A stretch of DNA of 64,000 bases from Camelus dromedarius (taxonomy: Eukaryota): the NCBI RefSeq assembly GCF_036321535.1, contig NC_087447.1:50904001-50968000 (forward strand), written 5' to 3'. Numbering within the stretch: the first letter of the stretch is position 1; each line of letters opens with the position of its first letter. A program made the position numbers and the translations under genes. A model generated the notes under the pieces. That model searched no databases and was not told where the DNA came from. It saw only the letters and a program-made list of their open reading frames with translations. Positions 51,301 to 63,070 of the stretch are shown one piece after another.

Positions 51301-54300
51301 GTTAGAACTTGAATATTTTCCAGACCCACGTGAGTTCTTAGAATGGTTCAGCTAAAAGCTCCCTAGTAGTACTTGGCCCAGCCTTGTGGAGCTTCCCCCT
51401 ACTTGTGTGCCTCTTAGATAGCAGCTACGTACTCAAGCAGACCCCATGCAGATCTCTGGAGGCCTTTCTCTAGAGAGTGCTCTTCTTTCTGATAATGCAC
51501 CCCTCAAAATTCCAGTCACCTTGATATTCCCAAAATCCAATCTCTCTCTCCTCAGTTCCACAAGATTGCCATGCTTTGCTTAGATTCCTCCTGCTGTGTG
51601 ATGGCTGGAAAGTGCCTCTAGGCAGAGCATGAGGGCAACCATAAGGCTCTCCTATCTACTCCCTTCTCTCATGGATCATAGTTCTGTACTGACTGTTGTC
51701 CAGTATGTGAGAATGGCTATTTCATCACTTTTGTCTGGTTTTCCAGTTGTTTATGGCAGCAGGACATGTCTAGCACCTGTAAATTGTCATGGCCAGAAGT
51801 AGAAATGTTCATGCTTCATCTATAGCTCAACACTATTATAAAAACTGCCCATGTATTAAGCCCTCAATATGGTAGAAGTTGTAAAATATAAAAAGAGAAA
51901 CTTTACCTTCCCAGTTAATATTGTGCAGGTAAAATAATAATATAAATGTTTCAGAGTTTGACAATTTTTTCAATTTTAAAGAATGGATTGGAAGTACCAG
52001 GAGAGCTGTTAATATTCTCAATGCCAATAATATGTTCTTACCCTTAATGAAAACAGACCAAATTAAAAAAAATTACGTATTATAATCTAGCAATAGAATA
52101 TCTTATTCTCCTTTGTGACATTGTTGTTTACTATAATAAATTAACCAAACATATTCAATTTAATTATCATGTTGTTTCTGCTTTATTCCCATGTTTGTCT
52201 GAAGATTATTTCTATAAGATACAAATCAGAAATTGGAAAGGCTAAACTCAAAATCTTGTTTAAAAGGACTGTACAGATACTCTCTTATCTACTGATATGC
52301 AAGGAAAAAACTCAAGGAAACAGGCTTCCTAGAGTAAGCTGACATTGTCATCTCAATTAGACATCAATCAATCTTATATTAGGGGACTGAGTCAAATTTC
52401 CAAGATTAAATTTTACGGCAGGAGCAGATAACTCTGCAGAAGCACATTGATAACCTTAGATATAGCAGGACATTAACTATGCCAGATTGAATTAACTGAT
52501 GAGGGCAATCTAATCATGCTTATTCATTTTGGAATTTTATGGTATTCTTTTTAACATTCTATTTTCTGATGGACATATGAGAACACCCATTCTCTTTGGA
52601 CTTTTTTCTGTTACACTTGTACAAATTATTTGGCATCTTGTTCTCAGCACCCCTCAGATCAGGTACAAATACTTTTCACTGAGTCCCTATGTTTCATAGC
52701 AATGTAGTCACTTGCATTAAGTTGAATAAAAATTTGTCCTCCTTTTCACTGGGATACAATTGGACAAACTGTGTAATCAATGCCATATCTGAAGGAGTAT
52801 ATTTGAGAATACATTTCATTCAATCCAATATGACAAGCCCCCAGCCCCAACTAAGGACACTGATGCCTAGGAGTCTTGGCTGTTGTACCTTGGTGTCTGT
52901 TGCTGTACATTGTCCCAGCATTACAGGTAGTAAGAAAGTCACTGATATGCAGAGAAAGGAGGGAGGGATTTGCCCACATTTGCAGGTACACATATGAAAC
53001 CAGGTACAAATAAACTTATTTTAGAAATAATAATGATAAAAGAACTCTGGAGTGAGAGAGAATATTAAAAGTGAAGTTCCTGATTCCCTAAAAATTCTCC
53101 AGACAGAAACTAATAGCCTTAGCAGCTGTTCATCATGACCTGACTCTAGATTTCCTGATTATACAACCAGGAACCTTATGTGGGTTAACTGACCCTTTTT
53201 ATTGCAGCAATGGAAATTAATAAAGCCAAATAACACAAAATCACGAGATCAGCCTCTAAATAGTCTATAAAAGTTATTTATGATCACAAGAGGGGGATGT
53301 AAATTATTCAAAACTTAGAAATAAGGCAAAAAGTTGACAGCCGGACCTTGTAATATCATGGTAATACACTGTTTACTAAGCACACTGATAAAACAAATTT
53401 TCACATGTTGAGATAGATATAGGGAAATCATTCTGACTTACACATGATTTAACTTGAATTATATGCTAACTAAAACAGCCTGTTTGTGGTCTATCAACAT
53501 GCACTGTACATTTGCTTTAATTATTAAGGAAAAGCACACAATGAACCCAAGTAAAGAATGTCCATATTAAAAATAAAGATTAAATGCCTCCCATCCTGGG
53601 ACACCATTGCTTGTAATTCCCTAGATAAGACTCCCCTCCCAGGTGCCAAGGCCATGCTGACTGGCTGTATATGTGCTGATCTGTGTGGTTTGTTTGGAAA
53701 TCTTGAAGAAATGTATCCCTGACTTATTTAATGTTCTTTGTTCTGACAAGATATAAAACTGTGCTTGAAGCCATGCTTCACAGAAACCTCTTCTCAGAGT
53801 AATCTAGGAAGCAGGCTTCCACATTAGTCCTCAGTTTGGCTCAAACAAAACTCTTTTCTATTCTTATTATTGATTGTTTATTGATTATTTTTGTTGAAAA
53901 CTCCTAAGGGTCATCTAACTCTTAGGGGAATGCACCTTTCTTTGAATTACTATTTATTACTGATTATGGCCAAAATAAAGTTAGATGTTGACTTGTAGAA
54001 AACTGATAAAAGTCAAAATGATTTTTGTCCAGTAGAGATACAAATGAGTTTGGATTGAGAAGACAACTCCAAAGGAAGGCCTTACCATCATAGAGTATAT
54101 TAACTGAATTAATGTACTAAGTTTGTTTCCAACAAGCAATGTAATTTCATTATTTCTGTTGTATTGACTATATGCATGTTGGTTTCTCACTTTGCTTTTG
54201 AGTGTGTTTTGTCACCCTGCTTGTTTCCACATTAACAAGCTAAATATAACTTGTATTCTTCTCACTATTTATATGCATGAAAATTATATATCATTGTAAT

Positions 54301-56243
54301 TATGAGATCTATACTTTCACAAATGGATATAAAAATGCCCCATAAAAATGTTTTTGCTGGAGAAACAGCAACTCAGCTGAGCCTCCAGGGACAACTCCCA
54401 GAACTTTCATATCTATTTTTATTTCAGTGTTGATCAGATTAACTACTGAATTTTCAGAAATAATCTCAAGAATTAACTAACAAATCAATCAACAAAAATA
54501 ATCAATTCACCACCATCATCAACTCATAATTATAATCAATCAAATGAAGAGTAATACAGAATGATTTTCACAAACAAAACCCATTTCTTTGCTATGGAAA
54601 TTTATCCAAATATCCAAATCTTTTAAATTGTGTGCCAACACCACTTTGACCACCTATGACTACACAACATGCAAGTAAAGAAAGCTCCACAATCAAACCT
54701 AAAAATAAAGCCTCCTAGAAAACCATATTTGAAGCCAAGGTTTCAGGATACTCTGCAGGAGCCAGAGTATTATTGTAAGTAAACACTGCAAGTGTACCAT
54801 CTAAATATGCTAAAATAAAACTGTTAATCCTAAAAAAAAAATCCACCAAAATTTATTACAATAACATATCCAACCCTACCACTTGCAATAAGTAAGACTT
54901 TTATGAGCCATACGTTAAACATTAGATACAATAACAGCCTTTTCATTCAGAACACACATTTGCCAAAACACGAGCTGTGGCTGACTAATCCAATATATAC
55001 ATTCTAATAAAGTATCCCTAGTTTGTATGCGTCTAGTTATTCATGTATGATGAGTCTTATATACACAGAAACCTGGAATATCAGATTGATCCCATCATTT
55101 TCACATATGGAAACAGCGTTTATGAGCCATGTACTCATGAGAATAAGTACTCTGAGGTGACACAGTAATTAAAAATCAACTTGCAGCTATCCCTTATATT
55201 AACACTAGTTAACAGAACGAATTTGAAGTGGCTAAGTCTACCTTTACATAATTCTTTAATTTCTACTATTTTAACATGAAAAAGGATCCAGTCAGTCCTC
55301 TAGATTAACATCAAATATAAATAAAATTCCATTTCACCCTTAGTACATAATCAAAAGTACCTTAAGATTTATTTTCCTAATTACACAGTTACCTGGTAAC
55401 TGACCCCCAACTCTGCTGCCATAGGTGCTAGCAATATGAATGTCTGCTGTCTGTCCTGCTCAGATGTTTATCGTCAAAATCACACACTCAAAACAAGTAT
55501 ATCTGACTGATAAAACCTAGGTCACATGGATTTCCCCTAGACATGTGATAACCTGGAAAATGTAAGTTGTTATGTTTTCCTTAACCTAGCTTGAGAAGGC
55601 AGACTTGACTTTTATCACATGCAAATTTGACCCTTTGTTTTACCCACTTTAGAATACTCTGGATAATTATAAACTCTCTAACTTGTGATTTAAGCATTGC
55701 TATCCTCTCCTCTCAAGATGTTTTCCTGATTCTTCTCCCAATCTATCTCCCATCTCCTCCTAATATCTCTCCTCTCTCTCTCCTTCCCTTCCTCTCTTTT
55801 CTTTCTTACACACAGACACCTCCCCCCCTCCCATATCCCCTCCTGCTCCAGTGTACTGTAATCTCTGAAACAAACCACCATCACTGCCCACAGTTCCCCT
55901 TAGTAATGATCTTTCAGCTCAAATGATACCTCTGCATGAAGTGTTCTCCAACCCTCTCAGGTAGAACCATTTACACTTGCATCAAAATTACACTGTACAC
56001 AGTGTATTTATCTCCAGGAGTAGCACATGACCCCCTACAAAAGAGGGATTCAATGCAGGTTTTCTGACCTGGGGAATGTGTCTTACCTGTGAATGTGAAA
56101 ACCATTTGCCCGCATTCAGAGTCGCCAGAAAATCCCAATCAAATAGGCTAGGGTGTCGGAGGGAGGCATTTGGCAGGACCTCCTTGATATTGGTTGTTCT
56201 TCTCAGGCTAAGGTCATGCATGAGAAAAGGCACATGATCGTAA
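18186..56243 (-). CDS. GDPD4: GDPD4 (glycerophosphodiester phosphodiesterase domain-containing 4), 3' part of gene; 7 coding exons in window
   Basis: Exons join in frame: [10 protein letters not shown]...TTN...LNAGKWF (GDPD domain), then [21 protein letters not shown] and a transmembrane helix; convergent neighbour of MYO7A as known in mammals. Confidence 0.93.
19130..22330 (-). mobile_element. Old, fragmented L1 (L1M-type) copies
   Basis: T-rich strand with L1 ORF2 antisense motifs (gctaggatctccagtacaatgctgaatagaagtggtgagagc; gggaagttttcagccactatttcttcaa). Confidence 0.8.
22380..22720. mobile_element. MLT1-like MaLR solo LTR fragment
   Basis: gccaataaccagtgagcttggaa...gagactgcagcccagacc...tgttttgagctgctgggtttatggtaa motifs. 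Confidence 0.55.
23428..23792 (+). mobile_element. MLT1A/B-like MaLR solo LTR containing a G21 run (23592-23612)
   Basis: aattcatatgttgaagccctaacc...gccaaggagagaggcctcagaagaaacc...ctagcctccagaactgtgag...gtggtattttgttacggcagcc. Confidence 0.8.
24808..25275 (+). mobile_element. 5'-truncated L1 3' end (older cetartiodactyl-type subfamily)
   Basis: tactcagccataaaaa...catttgcagcaagatggatggacctggag...atacttcaataaaaaa with A-rich tail. Confidence 0.8.
25495..25547 (-). CDS. GDPD4: GDPD4 exon, 53 bp
   Basis: tttcag|GTGGAGA...ACACAG|gtaagt; [17 protein letters not shown]; phase matches both neighbours. Confidence 0.85.
26314..26396 (-). CDS. GDPD4: GDPD4 exon, 83 bp (transmembrane helix)
   Basis: ctgcag|ACACCA...CATTG|gtaagc; [28 protein letters not shown]. 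Confidence 0.9.
26742..26912. mobile_element. MER5-like hAT-Charlie DNA transposon relic
   Basis: ttcccaaacctggctgtgcat...tctgcatttttaacaagctccccagg...tttaggaatcacag. Confidence 0.6.
27741..27999 (+). mobile_element. Young 5'-truncated L1 3'-UTR insertion with 13-bp TSD
   Basis: Close match to 41497-41765; flanked by perfect direct repeats AAAACTTAGAAAC (27728-27740 and 28000-28012). Confidence 0.9.
28150..28640 (+). mobile_element. MLT1F/H-like MaLR solo LTR
   Basis: Starts tgtggtagattg...ccttgaatctgg...gaggccatcctagacc. Confidence 0.6.
30426..30573 (-). CDS. GDPD4: GDPD4 exon, 148 bp
   Basis: cccag|AGAATAT...TTCATG|gtgagc; [49 protein letters not shown]. Confidence 0.93.
30680..33260 (+). 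mobile_element. Old L1 (L1MB-like): ORF2 endonuclease region joined to the 3' end, internally deleted
   Basis: gtaaatagattaaactctccaatcaaaag; gatgaaatggacaaattcctagaaac; L1 3'-UTR motifs at 32700-33240. Confidence 0.8.
34680..35950 (+). promoter_or_regulatory. L1 5' UTR internal promoter, GC/CpG-rich island, with YY1-like AAGATGGC at 34688-34695
   Basis: Abrupt GC/CpG-rich block in AT-rich surroundings; a YY1 motif at the extreme 5' end is an established L1 feature. Confidence 0.75.
36346..37246 (+). pseudogene. L1 ORF1p, disrupted
   Basis: MSKMKQRN...[23 protein letters not shown]...PTPRHIIIK; premature TGA at 36946-36948, probable frameshift in the A run near 37100, normal end at TAA 37244-37246. 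Confidence 0.9.
37653..41451 (+). pseudogene. L1 ORF2p (endonuclease / reverse transcriptase), disrupted
   Basis: [46 protein letters not shown] motifs; ORF breaks at 38021, 38561, 39705, 40743, 41061. Confidence 0.95.
41828..42206 (+). mobile_element. Second 5'-truncated L1 3' end of a related subfamily, inserted ~60 bp downstream of the full-length copy
   Basis: agtaagccagaaagagaaagaaaaataccatatga...aataaaaaaaagttaaaaaaa; carries an extra ~20-nt block (ataatgacagacatatgcag) relative to the 41395-41765 tail. Confidence 0.88.
43060..43520. mobile_element. MIR SINE fragments
   Basis: agtttcctcatttgcaaaatgaggatgacagta and tttacaaatgagaaaact core motifs, in opposite orientations. Confidence 0.6.
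44554..44708 (-). CDS. GDPD4: GDPD4 exon, 155 bp
   Basis: ttacag|ATTGTTTGG...CTGAG|gtaagt; [52 protein letters not shown]. Confidence 0.92.
45621..45842 (-). CDS. GDPD4: GDPD4 exon, 222 bp
   Basis: ttttag|ATCAAA...CATCTG|gtatgt; [44 protein letters not shown]...[10 protein letters not shown]. Confidence 0.93.
46755..47280 (+). mobile_element. L1 5'-end fragment directly joined to an L1 3' end
   Basis: ccaagatggcagagcagaaaaaccctgag (5' end, similar to 34688-34710), then accatatgatatcactcatatgtggaatct...atacttcaattaaaaaat (3' UTR and tail). Confidence 0.7.
47280..49410. mobile_element. Old L1 fragments in mixed orientation
   Basis: L1M-type antisense motifs at ~47570-48860 and sense endonuclease-region motifs at ~48900-49410. 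Confidence 0.7.
49414..50903 (+). mobile_element. Young L1 fragment (3' part of ORF2 into 3' UTR) with no poly-A tail
   Basis: Very similar to ~40092-41563 of the full-length copy; stops at gactgggatttca. Confidence 0.93.
50905..51810 (-). mobile_element. Old L1M 5'-region fragment
   Basis: T-rich strand with ttagccctattactaaggtgtgacctttctgagg and gacccc...cagatctctggagg motifs. Confidence 0.55.
53120..53900 (+). mobile_element. ERV-type solo LTR
   Basis: TATA-like gatataaaact, then ttagtcctcagtttggctcaaacaaaactc and a T-rich U5-like end. Confidence 0.5.
54403..55356 (+). pseudogene. Ancient NUMT: mitochondrial ND5 end / ND6 joined to an internal part of CYTB
   Basis: A/C-skewed strand; tcaggatactc...ccaccaaaatt...acaataacatatccaaccctaccac resembles ND6; gccata...acaataacagcctt...gaaacctggaatat...gctatcccttatat...aaaattccatttcaccct resembles CYTB (recognised from memory). 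Confidence 0.8.
56087..56243 (-). CDS. GDPD4: GDPD4 exon, 157 bp (GDPD catalytic domain)
   Basis: minus strand ctgcag|TTACGATC...TCACAG|gtaaga; [52 protein letters not shown]. Confidence 0.93.
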
Positions 56244-56729
56244 CTGCAGGCAGAGGGGGAAAACAGGGGAAGGGATGAACAGGCTGAATTCAGTCACCTT
56301 GGCAGATAGGGTTCTGACCATCAAGGTCAGAAGTCTTACTAGGGTTCCTTTCTCCCTTTTAAATATCAGTAAAGGACTAAGTACCAGTCCTAATTTACAG
56401 TTGATGTCAATTTTTTTTTTTGCTTTAGGGATTAATCTTTTATGGTGTTCCCAGAGCCATACTAAGTGGGGACCCAGACAATCTTCCTGTGTTTCTCTGA
56501 TCCATTTTCCAGCTAGGCACCTGACCTGAGTATTTCTTGTTCTAGACAGTTCAGGTGATATCATTTCTCATTCTTTTTTCTGATGTTTACCTTCAAGAAA
56601 TTCTGCTTTTATAAGAATCTCTCTAAAGGTAGCACTAGAGAATTTTAAAATATATAACATATTTTCTAATCAAAAAAGAAAAAAAAGAAGAATCTCTCTT
56701 CCTTTCTCATTAAAAATACCTATGAATAG

Positions 56730-59700
56730 AACTCTGCAATGGCCATGAGGGAGTAATAGGGTTGAAACTTAGCTTCCTGCCCATTAACAAGTAGAAAACT
56801 AGATAAAATAAAGAAATAACTTATTCAGCCAATGAACAACAAGGAACATAGCACGAAGGACTTGGAGAAAAGGCAAACAAATGAAATACGCTCTACCATT
56901 AGCCAGGCTTCTTTCTTGTCAGTGAGTACTAGACTGTAGCAATGGGAGGGAAAACCTAAAAGGGACTCAGCTGTTGTGCTGAAATGAGGAGAAAGATATC
57001 AGATGAAGGAGAAGTTAAGACAGCTAGAATTTGTGGACCAGAGTTCCACTGGGGATTGAACTATACTGGAAAAAAAAAAAAAAAAAGACTGCCAGGAAAA
57101 TATGCAGAGTTCCCTTGCATGTATGGCTAAATATCAACGTGTAACCTTGCAGAGTAAGTAAAACTCTATGACGCCTGCCAAGAACAACTTCAAGGAAAAG
57201 AAAAATTACCAGAAAGTCCTAAGACAGTTTGGACATCTCACACTTAAGTTACATCCAGTGAGAGTAGAGATCTCAATAATTAAACAGGCAATCTCTAGAA
57301 ACTCCAGGGGGCCATACCTTTAAAATGGGGATAATTTAGAAATGGAGTGACTTTAGAACCTCCAGTAAAGAGCATAAAAACACATCTCCAAAAGATTGAA
57401 CTAATCTTCAATTAACTTAACTCCCTGCTAGAAAAAGTCTAAAATTCTTTCACGAAGAGCAAGCAAATATAGTATCCAGTCTGGTAACACCACAATGTCT
57501 GGCATGTAAACAAAATTTAACAGGCAGGTAAAGAAGCAGGAGAATGTACCCATAACCAGGAGAAATTACCCAATAATGGCAAACATGGAAATGAAAGAGA
57601 TGACAGAATAAATAAGGATACTAAATTATGTAAAACATAAATGATATATATAACAGATATAAAGGAAAACATGAATATAATGAAGACATAAGAGTAAGAA
57701 ATAAAAAATAAAGGGAAATTCTAGAGCTTAAGTAATAAGATAACTGAAATGAAAATTTCATCATATGAAATTATCAACAGATTTGATACTACAGATGATG
57801 CAAAGATCAGTGAATTTGAAGATGTAGGAATAGAATTTATCCAAATGATTTGTGAGACAGTATCAAGCAATACTATATATGTTGACTGGGGTCTTTAGAG
57901 GAGGGGAAGAACAGAAAAAAAATTATGAGGAAATGAAAGTAAAAAAATCTTCAAAATTTGATAAAAAATGTGCACCAACATATTCATGAATATAAATGAA
58001 TACCAAGAAGGATAAAATATAAGAATTTACATACACATGCACACTCCCACATTAAGAATTATTATAATACAATCTGTCCAATTTTCAATCCTCCCCAAAC
58101 CACAGGGCATAAAAAAACAGGAAAGTACAGCCCATTCAAAGGAAAAAAAAAAAAATCTACAGAAACTGTCTCTAAAAAAGAGCCGATGTGAGATATACTA
58201 AACAGACTTTAAAACAACCATATTAAAAATACTCAAGGAACTAAAGGAAGATGTGGATAAAGTCAAGAAAACAATAAATGAATAAAATGGTAATAGTAAT
58301 AAAGGGATTTAAAAAAAAAAAACTAGAAAGATACCAAAAAGAAATTCTGGAACTAAAATGAACAAGAAGTAAATAAAAAACTGACTAGAGGGGGTTCAAA
58401 GGCAAATTTAAGCAGGCAGAAAAATAGTCAGAACTTGAAGATAGGACAATAAAAGTTATTGTGTCTGAGGAACAGAATGGAAAAAGACTGTGGAAAAGTG
58501 AAGAGAATCTAAGTCTCCTGACACCAAAGCTAGACAAACATACTACCAAAAAAGGAAACTACAGTTTAATATCCCTAATGAAGAGCAAGGCAAAAATCCT
58601 CAACAAGATACCAGCAAATAGAAGTCAGCAGTGTATTAACAGGATTATAAACCATGACCAAGTGAGATTTATTCTGAAATGCAAGAATGATTCAACATAC
58701 CAAAATCCATCAATATAATACACCACATAAATAGAATGAAGAGGGAAAAAAACCCACATGATCATCTCAACTGATGCAGAAAAAGCATCTGACAAAATTC
58801 AACACGCTTTCATGATAAAAATACTCAACAGACTAGAAATAGAAGGAAACTACCCCAAGATAATTGAAAACACATGAAAAACCCAGGGCCAACATTTTAA
58901 TTCAATGGTGAAAGACTGAAAGCCTTTTCTCTAACATTAGGAACAAGGCAAGGGTGTCCACTTTTGGAACTTCTATTCATAGTAGACCTGGAAGTTCTAG
59001 CTAGAGCAATCAGGCAACATAGGGAAATAAAAAGCATCCAGGCTGGGAAGGAAGAAATAAAATTACATCTGTTTTTAGATGATATGATCTTATATGTAGA
59101 AAACCTTAAGAATACTCACACACAATATAGACGAATTCAGTAAAGTATACAAGGTCAACACAAAAAACAGCTGCATTTCTGTACACTAAGATTAAATAAT
59201 CCGAAAAGGAAATTACAAAAGCAACTCCATTTAGCATTCATTTAGTAAAAGAATAAAATACTTAAGAATTAACTTAATCAGTGAGATGAAAGACTTATAC
59301 AATGAAATCTAGAAAACATTACTGAAATAAATGCAAGAAGACATACATAAATGGCGATACATCCCATGTTCATGGATTGGAAGACTTAACATTATCAAGA
59401 TGTCAATACTACCAACAGCAATCTACAGACTCAGTGCAATCTCTAACAAAACCTCAATGACATTTTATGAAGAAACTGAAAAACTCATCCTAAAATTCAC
59501 ATGAGATCACGAGAAATCTCAAATACCCAAAACATGCTGGAAAAAAAGAACAAAACTAGAGGACTCACACTACCTGATTTTAAAACTTACCATAAAGCAA
59601 CAGTAATCAAAACAGTATGGTACTGGCATAAAGACAGACAAACAGATCAATAGACTAGAGAGCCCAGAAACAAACCCTCACATATATGGTCAAATGATTT

Positions 59701-60970
59701 TTGACAAGAGTGCCAAGAACATTCAAAAAGGAAAAGACAATCTTTTCCACAAATAGTGCTGTGAAAACTGGATATTCACACAAGAATGAAACTGGACCTT
59801 TACCTAATACCATATACAAAAATTAACCCAAAATGAATCAAAGACCTAAATGTAAGAAATAAAATATTAAAACTCTTAGAAGAAAACAGGGGAAAAATCA
59901 TGACATTGGATTGTTCAATAATTTTTTTTTTTGCTTTGACAATAAAGGTGGAGGCAAAAACAAAACAAAATTTGACAAATTGTTTTCATGAAAATTAAAA
60001 ATTTTATGCATCAAAATGTACTATCAACAGCCTAAAAAGGCAACCCACAGATTTTAAGAAAATACTGTAAATCATATATGTGATAAGGGATTAATATCTA
60101 GAATATATAGAGAACTCCCAAATCTCAACAACAAAAAACCAAACAACTCAATTCAAAAATGAGCAAAGTACTCGACTAGACATTTGTCCAAAGAAGATCT
60201 GGAATGGCTAATAATTACACAAAGAGGCTCAACATCACTAATCAGTAGAGAAATGCAAACCAAACTTGTAATGAAATGCTACCTCACAACCATTAAGATG
60301 GCTCCTATGAAAAATAACAGAAAACAACATAAGGTGGTACAGATCCTTGTAGAAAAGAGTATGGCAGTTCCTCAAAATATAAAAAACAGAATTACCTTAT
60401 GACCCAGCAATCTCACTTCTGGGTGTATACCCAGATGAACTGAAAGCAGGGTCTCAATGAGGTATATATGCACCCATGTTCATGACTGCATCATTAACTA
60501 TAGCTAAAATGTGGAAGCAACACTAGCGTCCATCAACTGATGAGTGGAGAAGAAAAATGTGGTATGTATATACAGCAGAATATTATTCATCCTGCTTAAG
60601 ATGGAAATTCTGCAATATGCTACAGTATTGAGAACTTTATGCTAAGTGAGATAAGCCAGCAACATAAAAAAAAATACTGTATGATTCCACTTACATGGGA
60701 TGCTTAGAGTAGTCAAAATCACAGAGGCAGAAAGTAGACTGGGATTGTCAGGGGCTGGGGTCAGGGAGGAGGAGGAAATGGGGAGTTATTCTTTAATGGG
60801 TATAGAGATTCAGTTTTACAAGATAAAAAGTTATGGAGATGAATGGCTGAAGGTTATGCAACATTATAAATATATATAATAGCACTGAACTATACATTTA
60901 AAAATGATTAAGAAGGTAAATTTTATGTTTTTTATTTTACCACAATTTTAAAAATTTGAAATAAAAAAGG
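56730..60970 (+). mobile_element. Old L1 complex (5' region, ORF1 remnant, degenerate ORF2 RT, 3' UTR)
   Basis: [17 protein letters not shown] remnant at 58461-58718; gatgcagaaaaagcatctgacaaaattcaacac; ctgtttttagatgatatgatc; 3'-UTR motifs at 60400-60960. Confidence 0.88.
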
Positions 60971-62144
60971 CCACCATAATACATTCATTGGGAAAGCAGC
61001 CCAGACAACACTTGTTTTCTTGGTGAATAAGTGTATCTCAAGTGGAAAGAAGAAGAATTAAATACATGTATGTTTAAAACAAGCATACCTATGTTATCAC
61101 TATTGTACTTAAGGAATCTCTGGGTATTTAGTATTTTAAATAAATTTATATGTTGGCTCAGGTTACCTTTGTAATTCCAGTTTAAAATATGGAGTATGGC
61201 AACTGACCTAGATTTGTAAGTTCAAAACTCCGTACAGTTATAAAAGGATTTGAAAGATATAAAAACATTTAAAATCAATATTGTTATACATTTAACATGT
61301 TAAATTTTATATAAAAAATTACTAAGTACTCTGAAAAGACTGAATCAGGCAACTGGAATACCTAAAAAAGAAAATTATTAAATCCATTATTGTCATTTCA
61401 AACATCTAAAGTATTTAATTAACTAAAAAGGCATTGACTATTATTCAAAAGCTCTCAAAAATGATGGTTAAAATGTGAGACTTATAAGTGGAATAACATT
61501 AATAAGCTAAATATAAAAGCTTGAGAACAAACTAGGGTTTGAATTTAATAAATAGAATATTTCTCTGATTTTAATCGAAGTAAAATGTTTCTGGCACACA
61601 AAATCACCTCAAAGCACAAAGCAAACTTATACTTAATTTTAAAAATGAAGGGAAAAGTTAAAATGCTTTCATACAAACAAAAGGTGAATAATTCATTTCC
61701 AGCAGACTTGCAGTATAATACAAATGAAAAGATGTTCTCAGGCAAAAAGTAGGTACCAATTGGAAGCTTAGATCTACACAAAAGAATGAAAAGTATCAGA
61801 AATGATACGAGTAAACAGTTAAAACTTTTTTCTTACTTAAAAGATTTCTTTAATTATCAACTGTTTATAGCAAAAATTAACAGCAATGTATTGGGAGATG
61901 ACAGTAACAGGTCAAAGGATGAGAGAGGTGAAAATAGAAGTACACTGTTGAAAGATTGTATTTCACACAAAAATGTATAATAACCAAAAAAAGAGGTGAT
62001 AGATTAAAGATCATATTGTAACTCTAGTGCAACCACTAAAAAAAAAAAAGAGGCATGGCTAATAAGCCAGCAGTGAAGATAAAATCCTAAAAAATACCCG
62101 TTAATCTAAAAGGTGGCAGGAAATGAGAAAACAAATAGGAAGAT

Positions 62145-62390
62145 AGTAGAGCGCTCGCCTCAGGTGTAAAATTTAAGGGAGGTGCCAAAAAATGAATAAT
62201 CCATATAAATACTATTTTAATGGAATATTTAAAAATCTAAATTAATGTAAAAATCCTTGATAAACAAAATACTAAATTTCAAATATAAACAGAATTAGTA
62301 TTACTGATTTTTCCCTTTGCCTCAGGCTCTAATATGGCTTGGCATAGCACATCTTTACTGAAATGTCTGAAATTTTGTTCATCGTGGGTG
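62145..62390. mobile_element. MER96B-like hAT DNA transposon relic
   Basis: gcgctcgcctcaggtgtaaaatttaagggaggtgccaaaaa...ttgcctcaggctctaatatggcttggcatagcac; family name from memory. Confidence 0.5.
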
Positions 62391-62560
62391 TTAAAAGGGT
62401 AAGTAATACTGACAGAAATGATTCATTTTGAGTTAATTTTTGTATAAGGTGTGAGGTATAGGATGAAGTTCTCCACCACTCCCGCCTCCACAATAGAAGT
62501 CCAAATGTTCCAACACCATTTATGCGAAAGACTATCTTTATTTCATTGATCTTTCACCTT

Positions 62561-62790
62561 TGTTGGGGAAAAGAAAACAGGTGTGGACTGGGGTCCAATT
62601 CTGGAATCTCTATTTTGTTGTCTGACCCTCCTCCATTTCTACATTGTCAGGATTACTGCTAGCTGTAGACAGGCTGGGATCTGGGACCTGGGACCCTGCT
62701 GCAGTGCTTGCACAGGTTGGGACCTGGGGCCTGGGAACCTGGGCTGCAATGCTTGCATGGGGACAAATGTTTCCTGTGATGACAGAGTGA
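62561..62790. mobile_element. LTR fragment with short internal tandem repeats
   Basis: Begins tgttgggg; repeated ctggga(c)ctggg...tgcagtgcttgca units at 62674-62760. Confidence 0.4.
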
Positions 62791-63004
62791 TAGACAGTTT
62801 CTCAAATTACCAGAGAGAGAGGTGCATACTGCCCAATAATAAGTCTTTGAAAGCAAAATTACAAAAGAAAACTAACATATTACTAGTTTTATATTAAATA
62901 TCATTCATCTGATGCCTATGTAATGATAAGATATCCACTTCAAATGATAGGCTATCTACTTCAATGTAAATCTTGCCCACAATAGTCTCTCTATATATCT
63001 TATT

Positions 63005-63070
63005 ATTGAAAAAAATCCATGTATAAGTGGACCTCTGCAGTTCAAATTCACATTGTTCAAGGGTCAACTG
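63005..63070. mobile_element. Tigger2-like terminal inverted repeat end
   Basis: tataagtggacctctgcagttcaaattcacattgttcaagggtcaactg. Confidence 0.6.

Noticed and set aside
53980..54400. Faint resemblance to mitochondrial tRNA-Thr/Pro or control-region motifs upstream of the NUMT
   Set aside because: Only short scattered matches, not collinear with the ND6-CYTB block; cannot be supported by eye
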